A stretch of 64,000 bases of DNA from Bugula neritina (taxonomy: Eukaryota > Animalia > Bryozoa), in contig OZ037772.1 of assembly GCA_964035545.1 (NCBI GenBank), positions 4,406,233-4,470,232 on the forward strand. Direction: 5' to 3'. The notes below the pieces were generated by a model. That model ran no database searches, was not told the origin of the DNA, and saw only the letters and a program-made list of their open reading frames with translations. Positions 52,141 to 64,000 of the stretch are shown here, piece after piece. The position numbers were made by a program, and so were the translations under genes. Position 1 is the first letter of the stretch. Every line of letters starts with the position of its first letter.

Positions 52141-55100
52141 GGCTAACAAAATATTGTTGATCAGGGCTTCAAAAACTATTTGACACCTTTCTACAAAAAT
52201 ATTTGCATTGTATATATTGAGTAACTAAACACTGAAGAACGCTAATGTCCTAAAGACACATGTGAAAAGTGTCTATCATGTTTTATTTGGATACGACTAC
52301 TTCACTGGTGCCGTTGATATCATGAAATTGTATAACATTGCTCAATTAGCACCAGCGTTGTGTAACATAATTGAAATTATAGTTGTAACAGAAGTAAATT
52401 ATCTGATTATACAGCAATGAGTATTTATTACTTACTGCTGTGGTGTGTTGTGTGAACGTCAGACTAAAATTTTCAATCAAATTGCTTTTTTTGGTACATT
52501 TATGTTAATTAGGAGTTACTTCCCATGCTAACTTTCTTTATTATTTTTTCAGCGTAATTTTTTAGTAACTAACAAAAGGTTTTTGTATATATGTTACAAT
52601 AAAGCTTTAATTACAATAAAATGTTGTTTTAACACTGAGTAGTTTTTTCAACTGTAATTCAAATACTCTTTTACACAAATATGTTTTGTATGTAAATGTA
52701 CCTTTATAGTATTTTCATTTGAGTAATCTTATACTATATTATTTATTACAAGCTGACAGTGCTCTATGATCTTTAGCTTATGGTCCTTATTATTCAATAT
52801 TATTTCTGGATTCAATATTTATTGAGAGTTGCGTCTCTCGGTTCTTTTATAAATATCAACGGCGATATACAGTTATATACAGTTATATACATTTATTTCT
52901 TTTACTATGAATAAAAGCTGATACAATAATTTTAAAATCCTATTTTTAAACATATTATACAGCATTTATTGGCACTACCTGTCACATTATACTATATTAT
53001 TACATAATTCAAACACTGCAATTTTATAAACTTATGTTTCAGCAATATTATTCCAGTTTTCTTCTTGCGTATTAGCAGTTGCCTCTCTTGCATTTTTTTT
53101 GTAAAAGTTAACAGCATTTTTGTTCATGTCATTGATAATTAATAATCAAAACTTTATAAAACTATTTTCGAAATTATTTATCAAAAATAAAATCATGTTT
53201 ATTGAACAGAAGCTTGAGCAAATTTTTTCAATGATATTTTAACACTTTGATATATACAATTATATTGTTATTATCAATCTGTAATTTTGTAAACATAGCC
53301 TGGTTGTGTAGTGGTAGGTCACATATATAAAATTATTTGTAGGTGGCTGCTTAACTGTCAGCCAGTGTATAGCAATAAAACTTTGATACAACACCTTTAC
53401 ATAAACAAGCTCTAAATACTGACTGCCTCTTTACACTTTGTGTTTCAAGGTGCTGCAGGGTTGTTGAACTTGTAAGACTATTCTGTTTTACAAATTATAT
53501 TCAATAAATTGCAGTCTTTTCAAGTTACTTAAGTAAGATATATAATATACTGTCTGAGTGATACACATTATAGTCATAGATCAGTAGTAACTTATAATTA
53601 TCTGACAACACTTCTAGAATCACTCAGTAAAACTTTCACCTACCACATTATTTAGTTTAATTGGAGAATTTTAAATATAATAGTTCATCAAATTTATAAT
53701 TTGTCTAACAATTGACAATACAGTGTTTTTTTCAGTATAGTTTTTGATTGCAATTAACCAATTAGTTATTAAAAGCAATTGCTGTCGCCTGGTCTAACCT
53801 GATCATCCAGCTACTTAAGCAGCTGCACATTGTAGGCTGTAATAAATGAGAGCAGGTTATGACAACAACTGAATTATCTTCTCTTGTTTTCTCCATGCTG
53901 TAGTTGACAAATCATCCTTGTTTAGACAGTATTTATACACTTGTCTCAAGAATACTTACATGTACATGTATAGTGTAGTGGAAGATGTTTCACCACTCAC
54001 AAGTCATAAAAATCCTCTACAACACATGTACATTGAAGAGGAGAATATAAGTTTCCATATATAACTGTATCATGCAGTTATAATGTATAAAAAGCAGAGG
54101 CTGTAGGCCACAATAGAATAGTCTTGTCTACCGAACATCCCATTTCTAATAACTCCATCTGCTGGAAATATTTTTTAGACAACGAAACCTAACTTTGGGA
54201 TTTTCTCTAAAGGTATAAATTGTAGGGAATACCAATTTTGGAATACTCTCTATAAGAGGTAGTTGTAGGGCCTACTCTCTAACCACTTCTAAAGCAGGCA
54301 AGTATCTGAGCAATTACAGTATTTTTATTCTGAGAATGATATCAATAAAAGGAGTGGAAGTGATTGAATAGCTAGTAACCCCTACATTTAGTAAAACTTC
54401 TTGCTTATATACAACATTTTTTGATCATTTGTTTATATGACGAGAGTTTGTCAAATGCTACATAAACAGTACTTAAAATGATGCCATAGACATTAGTGTA
54501 GTCTCACAATATTTGAATTATTAGATAACTACATTAACTGCTCAAAATTGTTATCAATTGGCCACAGCATTGGCTACTCATTTACTTTTAGAGTTACTTC
54601 CCCTGTTAAATTTTTAAAGCTTTTGTAGTTTGATATGCTAGCTAAATTCTTACTTATCGATTGAGCCTGATTAGAAAACAACTCAAAGTCAAATATTTCT
54701 TTTAATTAAAGATATGACATAAGTTTCGTAAATTAAAAAGAAACATTTCAACATTCAACATTTGAATTTGTTTTAGAATATGGTTGTCCATTCAATAGCT
54801 TATGTAATTGTATATCGTGTAGCACAGTTGATATACTATTTGGCAATGGCTTGCAATTTGAGTAGCAAAACAAGCTCCTATCAAAATACATAGCATCCGT
54901 CATAAAATAAGAAAACTCAATTGGAAAATATACGTAGGACCACCTTCTAAAACTCTATAAAATATAATGTAAAATATTGCAGTATGATATCTTTACAAAC
55001 TACCACTCTCTGATAATTCATCTCAACTGCTATTATATGTATTAAAATAGGATAGTTAAATGTTGAGGTTTAGTTACAGGGGTATTAACTAATGGGTTCC

Positions 55101-55547
55101 TTTAATATGTGTACCAGGTGTTATGTTTTTCAGAATTAGGGTTGATATGCAATCCAGAGAGTCTAATTACTTGCTATAGAACTACACGTAACTACACTCC
55201 TATTCCGGGTCAATTACGCGACCCTGCGTACTGTGCTGCTGGTAGCTCCACGAGCCACCACACCGCCCCCAGCAGAAAGCCCTCTTTCTGATATAAAAAA
55301 TATTTCTTCATTACCCACATACATTAGTAGACAAAATTGGAAAAAGACAATATATAAGATATACAATAACAGACAGAGTCATTATAACGGCAGGCTACAT
55401 ACAATTGGCCAGCTATAGAGGAGGAATACCGGCTAGCTGTAGTATTGGACAAAGAGTCGAACTGTCGAGCAATCAAGCATTTACACGATAGTCTTGGGTC
55501 TCCCAAGACGACGAAGTTGTGGATTATTCCGGGCAACAGAACCAGAG

Positions 55548-56340
55548 TCAGTGTTGGGCACGCCGATGTTTGGCTTGGCATGTACGTAGCTTCCGTTTAA
55601 TCCGGCCCACCGATCCTTTTAGCTGGAAGAGCCCCGTCGTGGTATCAAGCAGGTCCGGTGCTAACTGGGTAATTTTCTCTTGCAGGCAGAGGAGGCGTTC
55701 CTCCACTGTGGCCAGGCGAGCAGGGTCCGGGAACGGTGTCCGTCTGCGGCGCAGAGGGGAACTGGGAGACTTGGTTTGTCTCTTCGTCGGGGTAGGGGAG
55801 ACCTCTTCTTCTTCGAGATAGGCAAACTCTTCGGGGGGAAAATGCAATCTGAGGGCGGTCAGATACCAATGGAGATTGTTGCCTGGCATAGTCTAGTACG
55901 CGCTGGAAATCTGAGGTCAAGACGGCTAACAACATCGCCTTCTTTACTAGGGGTCGTATCAGAGTTAGGAATTCTGGATAGAGTTTGGCATCCACTACGT
56001 AATTCTCGCCGGAGAAACAGCCCGTCGCTCGATGTCTGGTGACGGGGTAGAGGTAGACATCATTGTATCCACAGGGGCAGAATGTGAGTAGGAGATGGGC
56101 GTTGACATGTAGCTTCAAGGAGCGGTGAGAGGCACATTCTTCGTCACATATCTAGCACCGCGTCCGTCCTCTGGATCCCCAGGCCGTTTCTATCTGCTCC
56201 TCTGTTTCCGGCGACACCCACCGCCAACGGCGGCGCAGTGGCTCAGGCCGGTCACCATTGGCATACTCCTCAGAATGCGGAGCAGGAAGTGCTCTATCCC
56301 GTACCCTGGTTGCATCGGGTCGAGTGTAATCTGAAAAAGT
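55548..56340 (-). pseudogene. E3 ORF3, a divergent zinc-finger/coiled-coil homologue
   Basis: RC*ICDEECASHRSLKLHVNAH (C-x2-C-x12-H-x3-H), LTFCPCGYNDVYLYPVTRHRATGC..YVVD..PEFLTLIRP, RRRR, then VEERLLCLQEKITQLAPDL..LFQLKGSVGRIKRKL in a shifted frame. Confidence 0.8.
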
Positions 56341-57452
56341 TGGATAGACACCTGTCCTGAGCGCTCAATCTTGTACGTATGGTTGGGCATAGCCTCGACG
56401 ATCATGTAGGGTCCCACGAACTTAGGCTGTAACTTAGCCGCCTGTCCGCGACGCCTACGGTAATTGACCATCCACACCTTATCCCCCGTTTGGTAGAGGG
56501 GTGGTTCCTCGGAATCTTCGTGTCGCACCTTCTACTGCTGTTCGCGCAGTATATCGTGTGCGGCCTTCATCCGTTCCACTAGTTCACTGGCATACTCGTG
56601 AATCGAGTTGTCTAGCTCTGGAACGTGGTAGGTGAGATGGTCAGGTACACGGGTCTCTCTCCCGAGCATCAAGAGGTTTGGGGTCTCACCAGTACTGGTG
56701 TGTGGGGTGCTACGGTATGTGCGCATGACCTGCGGCAACACCGTGTCCCATTCCTCTTGACTGCGTCCAAGGAGGAGACTCCGGAGCGCATCACCTAGCA
56801 TCCGGTTGTTGCGCTCCACCACCCCATTACCTTGTGGGTGATAGGGGGTGGTCCTGCTCTGATTTATTCCCCAGAGGCGGCAAACGTCGCTCATCAGTTG
56901 AGACTGGAATTGAGCGCCTTGATCAGAGTGTATCTGCTCGGGGAGATCGAAATAACAGAATACATGTTGGTCTAGTACCCTGGCCACTGTTGGGGCTGAC
57001 GAATCTGGGATAGCCGGAGCATCCGCCCACCTAGTAAAGTGGTCGGTCAATACTAAGATCCAATTATTGCCTCTGGGGGTCAGGGGCATGAGTCCGACCA
57101 GGTCAACAGCTACCACTTGCCATGGCCTGCCAGCATATAGCCTCCGCCGTCCCGCTTCACCAGGGAGACGGCCATGCTTACTGGCCTGGCAGATTTCGCA
57201 CTGCTTTACTCTGAGCCGGACATCCCGCCCCATGTTGGGCCAATACCACCGGAGTTGCAATTTGGAAATCACTCTCTTGACCCCTGCGTGGGCCTGTTTG
57301 TGAGTGTCCCAGATTAACTCACGGCACTGGGACAGACCACCCTTTTTCTCTCCGGGTGTCTGCCGTTGGCAGCTAGAGAGATGGTCAATAGACCATCTTG
57401 CCCGATCCTCAGCGAGTCCCAACGCTGGCAGACTTGCCGGAACTAGGCCCAT
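56340..57452 (-). pseudogene. E3 integrase
   Basis: HKQAH..CEIC; VDL..HSDQG..VERNNR; PKFVGPY. Frameshift at ~57450, stop at 56532, tail deleted at ~56340. Confidence 0.93.
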
Positions 57453-60253
57453 CCCTGCTGTATGCGTTCCTCGCTGGGTCGTCGCCTGTCCTTTTTGGCT
57501 CGATATATGTCTGCCACTACCCCAGGCAACTCCTCTTGGAGCTTCTTTAGCTCCTGGACATTATCGGCCAGTACAGGATTGGGGCGGAGGTTCTGTACAA
57601 CCTCCAGGGACTCGTCAACCTCCTGCCTGAGTTGACCTTGGTCCCAGTCAAACGGTGCTCCGTGGTGAGCCAACGTCTCTAACTCGCATCGCGGGGGACC
57701 TCCGTCCCTCCTCTCGATGTTGAGACACTGTTTGCAACCTCTATCAGGTTGGCGGCTCAACCCATCCGCATTGCTGTGTCTCTTGCCCGGTCGATGTTCG
57801 ATCCGGTACGAGAATTCAGCTAGGATTTCGAGCCACCGGGCAACCTGACTAGAGGGCTCTGCTCTCTTGCACAGCCAGATCAGCAAGGCATGATCCGTAC
57901 GCAGCCGGAACTTCCTGCCGTATAAGTATGGTCTGAAGTGCTTCACTGACTTGATTACTGCCAGCAGCTCCTTGCGGGTAGTGCAGTAATCCCGTTCAGT
58001 GGGTGATAGAGACTTGCTGTAGTAGGCTACTACTACCTCTTGGCCTTCCTGCACTTGTGACAGCACAGCGCCAACATTTTGGTCACTGGCGTCAGTGTCG
58101 AGGATGTACTTCAGAGTGGGGTCTGAGTAAGCCAAGATGGGCGCCGTTAGCAGGCAGCCCTTGAGGCGGTCGAACGCTCCTTGTTTGACTGGGGTCCACT
58201 GCCACGTCACTCCCTTTGCGGTGAGCCGGTTTAACTTCTGTGCTATGCCCGCAAAGTCTGGTATGTATTGCCTGTAATACCCTACCAGCCCCAAGAAAGC
58301 CCGGAGTCCGGTCAAGTCTTGGGGGGTAACCCAGTCTTCTATTGCCCGTACCTTCTCGGGATCCGTCGCCATGCCGTTTTGGCCGACAAAGTGCCCCAGG
58401 TACTTAACTTTCGGCTGTAATAGAGCGCACTTGGAAGGTTTGAGCTTAAGACCTGCACCTCGGAGTCTCTCAAAGACCTCCTGCAGACGACTGACGTGCG
58501 TCTCAAAGTCTGGGGAGATCACGATGACATCATCGAGGTAGATCAGCAGTGTCTTCCAATGAAGCCCGCTGAGGACTTGCTCCATCAGCCTCTGGAAGGT
58601 GGCTGGGGCGGAGGTTAACCCGAAAGGCAATACCTTCCACTTCCACAACCCGTCCCGTGTGATAAACGCCGCTTTCTCCTGGGTGTCGGGACTCAGAGGA
58701 ACTTGCCAATAGCCACTCAGCAAGTCTAACGTACTGAAGTACTTGCTGCCGGCTAGGGCGTCCAATGACTCGTCAATACGAGGTAGAGGGTAGGCGTCCT
58801 GTATGGTTACGCTATTGAGTTTGCGGTAGTCCACACAGAACCGCCAACTGCCGTCTTTCTTCCGGACCAGTACGACCGGCGAGCTCCACGCACTATGGGC
58901 GGACTCTATGAGGCCACGGTCCAGAAGATCCCGTACTTGTCGGCTAACCTCCTTCTCCTTTTCCGGCCCCAGCCTGCGTGTGGGTTGCCGGACAGGGACC
59001 GTCCCTGCAGTCAGCGGTATTTCGTGTCTGACAACTCCAGTCAGCCCCACGTCATGATCTCCGCTGCTGAACACATCACCGTAGTTGCGTAGCAACTTTG
59101 CCATAGCTTGGCGTTCTTTGTTGCTCGCGCAGCCGCCACAGGCTGTATCATACAACTCCCGGAGATGTGCTAGGACTGTCCCGCGCCCTTGAGTAGGGCA
59201 CCGCGGGAATGCCTCCGTCGCATCACCAAGCGACGGGCCCACGTACTCCTCTTGGACAGAGTGAAAACGGCCCAACATAGTCCCAGCCAGAAGCTTGACA
59301 GACTCGGTAAAGGGGTTGACGCACTGCACTAAAATCTCCCCTTGCTCAGTCAGCTGATTCAGACTGCTGGCAAATTGGATCCTTTCGTGTGCGCTTTCGA
59401 CTACCCCGAGTCCAGAGATCCAGCTATTATTCACCCTGCAGTGAATGGTAGCCCGGGAGCAGCCTGGTATGGTACGGTTGCGTACCACCTGCACACCTCC
59501 CACTAAAGGGCGGCCTAACTTGTCGACGCAGGTGAGTTTTCGCCCAAACATCAACATCGCAGATTTACTAAAATCGATGTGACATCCGTGCCGTCTTAGG
59601 AATGGCATCCCGAGGATGGCGTCCTCCTTGAGCTGACTGACGATAAACGTCTCTTGGATCGTTTGATCTTGGACCCGTCCCGTCAGCTCAATTCTACCAT
59701 AGAAGGAAAAGCATGACCCGTCAGCTAGGGTGCCATACTCCCCCTCGTATGGTTCCATCTCGCCCCTGACCCTAGCACTGAGGGTGTCGAAGAGTTGGCG
59801 GCATAAGAGGTTCGTGGTACAGCCCGAATCAATGAGAAAAGTAACAGCTTTGCTTTCCAGTTTACCGGGCAAGAAATAGCTGTTCCCATGGGGCTGCACC
59901 TGAACTCTCTCTTCAGGCCTTACTCTCGCAGGGAGTACCTCCCTCGCTTTGGGTCGCGAAGGAGGTCTCCTGGGATGGTGGTAAGTGGGCCTCGGAGGCG
60001 CCGAGGCTAGATTTCCAGCTACCTTTGTTGGCTCCTATCCAGATTCTTGGGCTGGTAGCCCGTCGAATCGATTGTGGAGGGGCACGGAAAAGGCGGCGGT
60101 GGGGCGGAGCCCCTTGCTGGTCCGTCGCGGCTGTTGCCACTGTTGGTCGCCAGCACGCGGCACCCGTCTGGGTGACCTGCGTTTCTTCTTTCCTGGAGAT
60201 TTCATCGTCGGCCCGCAGGAGGTGGGAACATCTGCGGGCCGCGGTAGTTTAAC
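57443..60253 (-). CDS. E3 pol: protease-RT-RNase H (818-codon open stretch) in the -1 frame relative to gag
   Basis: LIDSGCTTN; WRFCVDYRKLN; LPFGL; YLDD; DTDASD..ELLAV..TDH..NADGLS. The upstream linker is in the same frame with a single TAG at 60035-60037. Confidence 0.95.
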
Positions 60254-61155
60254 CCCGGAGTTGGGAAGGGACAGTACCTGCGAAAATGTCCTTGATTTCC
60301 GCATTCCCAGCAAAAACTGACCGTTTCCCCCGGTGGCAGCGCCGGTGGCCGTACGGGCTCAGCAACGGTACCTACTGGGGTTTGAGGTGTCAGTGTTGCT
60401 ATCAGTTTAGCCAGCATGTCTGTCAGTTCAGTGACTTTCGATGCTGTCGCTAACTGAGCCACGGCAGCCGTGGCGGAGGTTTCCTCCTCTCGTCCCGCTG
60501 CCGTGTCCGCGCGGTCTACCTCCACTTGACAGGAGCTCCAATGACTTTTATGCATCTGATTGGCTAGGAGGTAAGCTTCCCCTTTCGTCAGAGCATCTTT
60601 AACGGTGGTGACTCCCCTAGCTAGAAACTGGTGGTGGAGACCCAGATCGTCGACAGATGCTATGAAGGCGTCAAGGGTATACCTCTCGCGGTTGACTGGG
60701 GGCAAATCGCTGTATGCGATCTGTGCCAGCTTCATGACCGCGGCGGCATGTTCCCGCAGCGGGGTGTGGGGATCACGCCGCAACCTCTGCAATCGGGCCC
60801 GGGCATCTGTAGCAGAGAGGCCGAAGCGGGCCCGCAGAGAAGCAAAGATATTATCAATGTCTACGCCCAGCCCATAAGGCTTGGCTTTGTCCATCAATGC
60901 CATTCTAAGCTTCAGCAAGGCCACCCTAGGGGGCCACTGGGCGACCTCCATTACGTCGCTAAACTCTTGGTTGAATTGCTCCACCTTCTCTTCGCCCGTG
61001 AAGGTGGGCGCCTTTAACCGGTAGCGGTCTTCAGTTAGTTCCCGCGGAACCCTTCGCTCTTCTACTACATGGTTGACAGGCATTGTCTCTATAGCTTTGT
61101 CTCTACGCTCACCTTCTACTGCCGGTGGTTGCGTTCCAGCATTTTCAGTCTCCAT
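60202..61155 (-). CDS. E3 gag with CCHC zinc knuckle (317 aa, open)
   Basis: LKAPTFTGEEKVEQF..WPPRVALLKLR; CWECGNQGHFRRYC. Confidence 0.92.
   Translation of the reverse strand: METENAGTQPPAVEGERRDKAIETMPVNHVVEERRVPRELTEDRYRLKAPTFTGEEKVEQFNQEFSDVMEVAQWPPRVALLKLRMALMDKAKPYGLGVDIDNIFASLRARFGLSATDARARLQRLRRDPHTPLREHAAAVMKLAQIAYSDLPPVNRERYTLDAFIASVDDLGLHHQFLARGVTTVKDALTKGEAYLLANQMHKSHWSSCQVEVDRADTAAGREEETSATAAVAQLATASKVTELTDMLAKLIATLTPQTPVGTVAEPVRPPALPPGETVSFCWECGNQGHFRRYCPFPTPGLNYRGPQMFPPPAGRR
60209..60253 (-). promoter_or_regulatory. Putative -1 ribosomal frameshift signal
   Basis: G TTA AAC in the gag frame, 5-nt spacer, 10-bp stem CGGCCCGCAG/CTGCGGGCCG. Equivalent at 22037-22080 in E2. Confidence 0.7.
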
Positions 61156-62159
61156 CTTGGATGTGCACTATCCCACCGCTGCCACCACTGTTATGTTTTA
61201 CAGAATTAGGGTTGATATGCAATCCAGAGAGTCTAATTACTTGCTATAGAACTACACCAGGATAAGTCGAGTGAACGAGTATATATTTTAAACACAATAA
61301 TACATTACAAAAACGATACAAATACATTTGACAATTCCACACATTTAGACTATTGTTGTGAGTTTTAGCACAATTATCAAGCGTGGATTGCCTGCGTATT
61401 AAGTTTCAATTTAACTAGCAACTACTAACAGAGCTTGCGTACGATAATCGTTATTTAATTCGATAAACATAATTATAACAGTATGTCAAAACCACAATAC
61501 ATCAGTCAATTATAACACGTCTTACTACTACGAGCCCCTGCTCTCAACACACATGGTTTCTGCTAGCTAACCCGCGAACAGTCACTTGACCGGAACCTTG
61601 TCTTCCGGTCCTTCTGATTGGATAGTAAAACATAGTTATAAGTATTCCCAAACAGGAGGAGACAAATGCATTATTATGCTATGTAATCCCATTACACTAT
61701 TCAACACTCTAACTTCGACTAACTAACAGCGGGAAAACTACTACTGCTGCTAACTATTAAAACCGCTAATTGGCTGTCATTGTTCCAGGTCAATAACGCG
61801 ACCCTGCGTACTGTGCTGCTGGTAGCTCCACGAGCCACCACACTGGAACACAGGAAATATATCCACTATATGTATGCAGTGTGTATAGTTTATAGAAATG
61901 GGCTAGCATTGCTGCTTAAACTTCCTGTTGATTTTGCTTCCAATTCAAACTTCTGAACCTCCATTTGCAGTAGGAGGGGTAGCAGCTAGAGTAGAGTGAA
62001 TATTAGACACATGGATGTAGAAGTAAACTTAGATTATAGAGTGTAGTGTGGATAAATATTATATGATTTAAAATAAAAAGTTACAGATATACATTTACTG
62101 TAACTATTGGAAAACAAGAAAACAGTTCAAAAAGCTGTTCACAAACTGCTAGAAATTGT

Positions 62160-62640
62160 TATTTTCTGTTCTCTTCGGTAGCAGTTGCTCACTGCTCGCT
62201 ACAGATTCCAGGTCGTTGAAGACGATGTGGGTTGTAACTGTGATCCCATTATCTCAATCAAATTCTTTCTAGGACATTTACAATATATTTTTATAATCAT
62301 GTACTTTTTTGTATATAATACTGTTTTTTATGGTTTTATTTCCATTACTGATACTTCCCTACCTTTGTTGGAGTTATCAGAAAGTGGACTTTCTGCTGGA
62401 GAGGGGGTGATAGTTGGTGAAAGTATACCCCCCAGTACCTCATGCTAAACATAACTATATACCTATAGATTATAGTGCCACGCATATCTATTTTGAACTT
62501 CGCTATAACTCCGCAATGACACCGCCGGAACCCTGTCTCACCCAATAAGGATATACTCTGTGTATATATAAACGATGCCTTCAGGCGCCCAGCCCAGTCT
62601 TGACATTAGTAACTAGACAATCTAGGTTAACTATGTTGTA
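62160..62640 (+). mobile_element. 3' UTR/PPT/LTR remnant of a fourth related Gypsy element (E4)
   Basis: TATCAGAAAGTGGACTTTCTGCTGGAGAGGGGG|TG at 62375-62409 mirrors the pre-PPT motif of E1 and E3. Both boundaries are approximate. Confidence 0.6.
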
Positions 62641-62761
62641 AATCATGCGTATATATTTTGCTTTACTAAATATAGTGGTGGATTTTGGAGGTTGCTTTTT
62701 ATATGTTATATTCAGTCTTGTGTGCTTCATTCAGTCTCGTACAGAGTGTGAGAAATAATTT

Positions 62762-63085
62762 TGCTCCCACTGGGAATCGAACCCGAGTCCTTTGGCTTGC
62801 AAGCAAGTGTGCTAACCATTACACCACGGAGGCCACTGGGTAAACTCAACACTACATCCCACCCAGTTCTCTGAACTCCACTGGCCTATTCACTACTCCT
62901 TCAGTATTCAGGCTCCCTTGGCCACCCAACTCTCTCAGTGTAGGTATATACTTCACTAAAGGCCGAAATGGCTTGAAAAATAATTTTTCCTTTATTGGGA
63001 ATTGAACCCGAGTCCTTTGGCTAGCAAGCAAGTGTGCTAATATTACACCACGGGGGGGGGGGGACTGGGTAAACTCAACACTATA
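62762..63085 (-). mobile_element. Tandem tRNA-derived repeat (SINE-like), two heads ~227 bp apart
   Basis: A box TGGTGTAATGG and B box GGTTCGATTCC in 62762-62833; anticodon and T stems are mispaired. Second head at ~62990-63055. Confidence 0.7.
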
Positions 63086-64000
63086 CTATATGTAATACTT
63101 TATGATTGTGTTCGTTTTTCGTTTATATTGTGATTTGTTCTATGGTATGTGATGATTTATAATACAGTTCTTCATCAAAGGATCAGCTAGTTCGGTTACT
63201 TCCATAACCTCTCAAGAAGATATGCAGTAAACACCAGCGCACAATAATACACTAATCAGTAGTGCACAAAACTACAACAATATTGTATCAATTGTTTTCC
63301 CAGTTGTACTAAGAGGGTTTACAAATCTTGTATATCGTTTGATAAGTTGAATTTCAACATGACAATGTGAATAATTATAACTCAGGAAACCTGAAGCATG
63401 GTCCAGAATTACCTCAAAAATAATATAATCTATGAATCATCATAACATAAGTGCAGCTCAGAAAAGCTATTCTCTGGTACTTGCTTTATTCTCCAGTAAT
63501 CCAACATTACCATTGCTTGAACAAAAAATAATTTACATTTCAGCAGTGACATAGACTTCAAGCAAATGATGACAATGTTCATATATATTCTGATTATTAT
63601 TGTTCCTATGGTAACCAGAAGAACCTCAATATACATTAGATCATTCTATAGTATAGATTTATTAAGAGAACAACTCCCAAATAACAGAAATATATACATA
63701 ACTTTATATTGCTGTACATGCAGAGCAACAAGAAATAAGAATGCCTGAAGTCTGTTGTATGTATCGACTAGTAACTACTGAATTAAAAATAGAGCTCAAT
63801 GGAGAAAAGTAAGAATTAAAAATCTTATAATTATTATTATACAATATCTCAAACATTATATATAAAAATAAATGAGATTAGAATAAAACAAGCCTATCCG
63901 AGATTAGTCATCGAAGCTGGGAATATCTGTGTAACTATAACCATCATACCTTCTGTAGGCACACCATGCAAGGTAAGTATGGTAGGAGCCTGGTAGGAAC

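Larger units (their letters stand above)
55119..61842 (-). mobile_element. Ty3/Gypsy LTR retrotransposon E3, near full length
   Basis: LTRs 55119-55262 (internally deleted) and 61189-61842 (with an insertion), flanks CAGG/CTGG (4-bp TSD with one mismatch), tRNA-Leu PBS 61170-61187, PPT 55263-55272. Confidence 0.95.

Noticed and set aside
62362-62445. Minus-strand exon ILSPTITPSPAESPLSDNSNK resembling ORF 55233-55418
   Set aside because: The shared PAESPLSD is the antisense reading of the pre-PPT hairpin and PPT of LTR elements.
62762-62833. Functional tRNA gene (TGC in the loop)
   Set aside because: The anticodon stem does not pair, the T and acceptor stems have mismatches, and it occurs as part of a repeated unit.
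63180-64000. Possible coding remnant with hydrophobic short ORFs
   Set aside because: No sustained frame or recognisable motif.

Overview
AT-rich animal (invertebrate-like) nuclear DNA dominated by nested transposable elements. Host-type sequence is limited to a TRIM-like RING exon (911-1115, -), a ZEB/zfh1-like C2H2 exon (47954-48198, -) and an intronless SPOP pseudogene (~51590-52140, -). Three related tRNA-Leu-primed Ty3/Gypsy LTR retrotransposons (E1 11741-16460 -, E2 20850-~27640 +, E3 55119-61842 -) are present, plus a 3' remnant of a fourth (~62160-62640 +) and an older unrelated Gypsy relic (2010-~8080). All three carry, in the position where env would sit, a non-env third ORF with a C2H2 + C2HC zinc-finger pair, a basic Pro/Ser/Arg region and a C-terminal coiled coil; E1 and E2 also retain an acidic N-terminus. 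This looks like a transcription-factor-like accessory gene and is the best candidate for an undescribed system. Second candidate: a 3.6-kb fold-back element (4392-7966). Its ~1.3-1.5-kb arms are identical over the outer ~610 bp (including a nested MITE present in both arms) but diverged further in, and its centre holds a fragment of the same ISL2EU/Harbinger-like transposase family found at 43.5-46.7 kb. Other elements: a CAC-terminated DNA transposon nested in its own copy (30449-37932), a DUF4806-like relic, a CR1/L2-type LINE fragment, tRNA-derived repeats, a 667-bp (GT)n tract and a spacer-less 684-bp palindrome. All identities were judged by eye; no searches were run.
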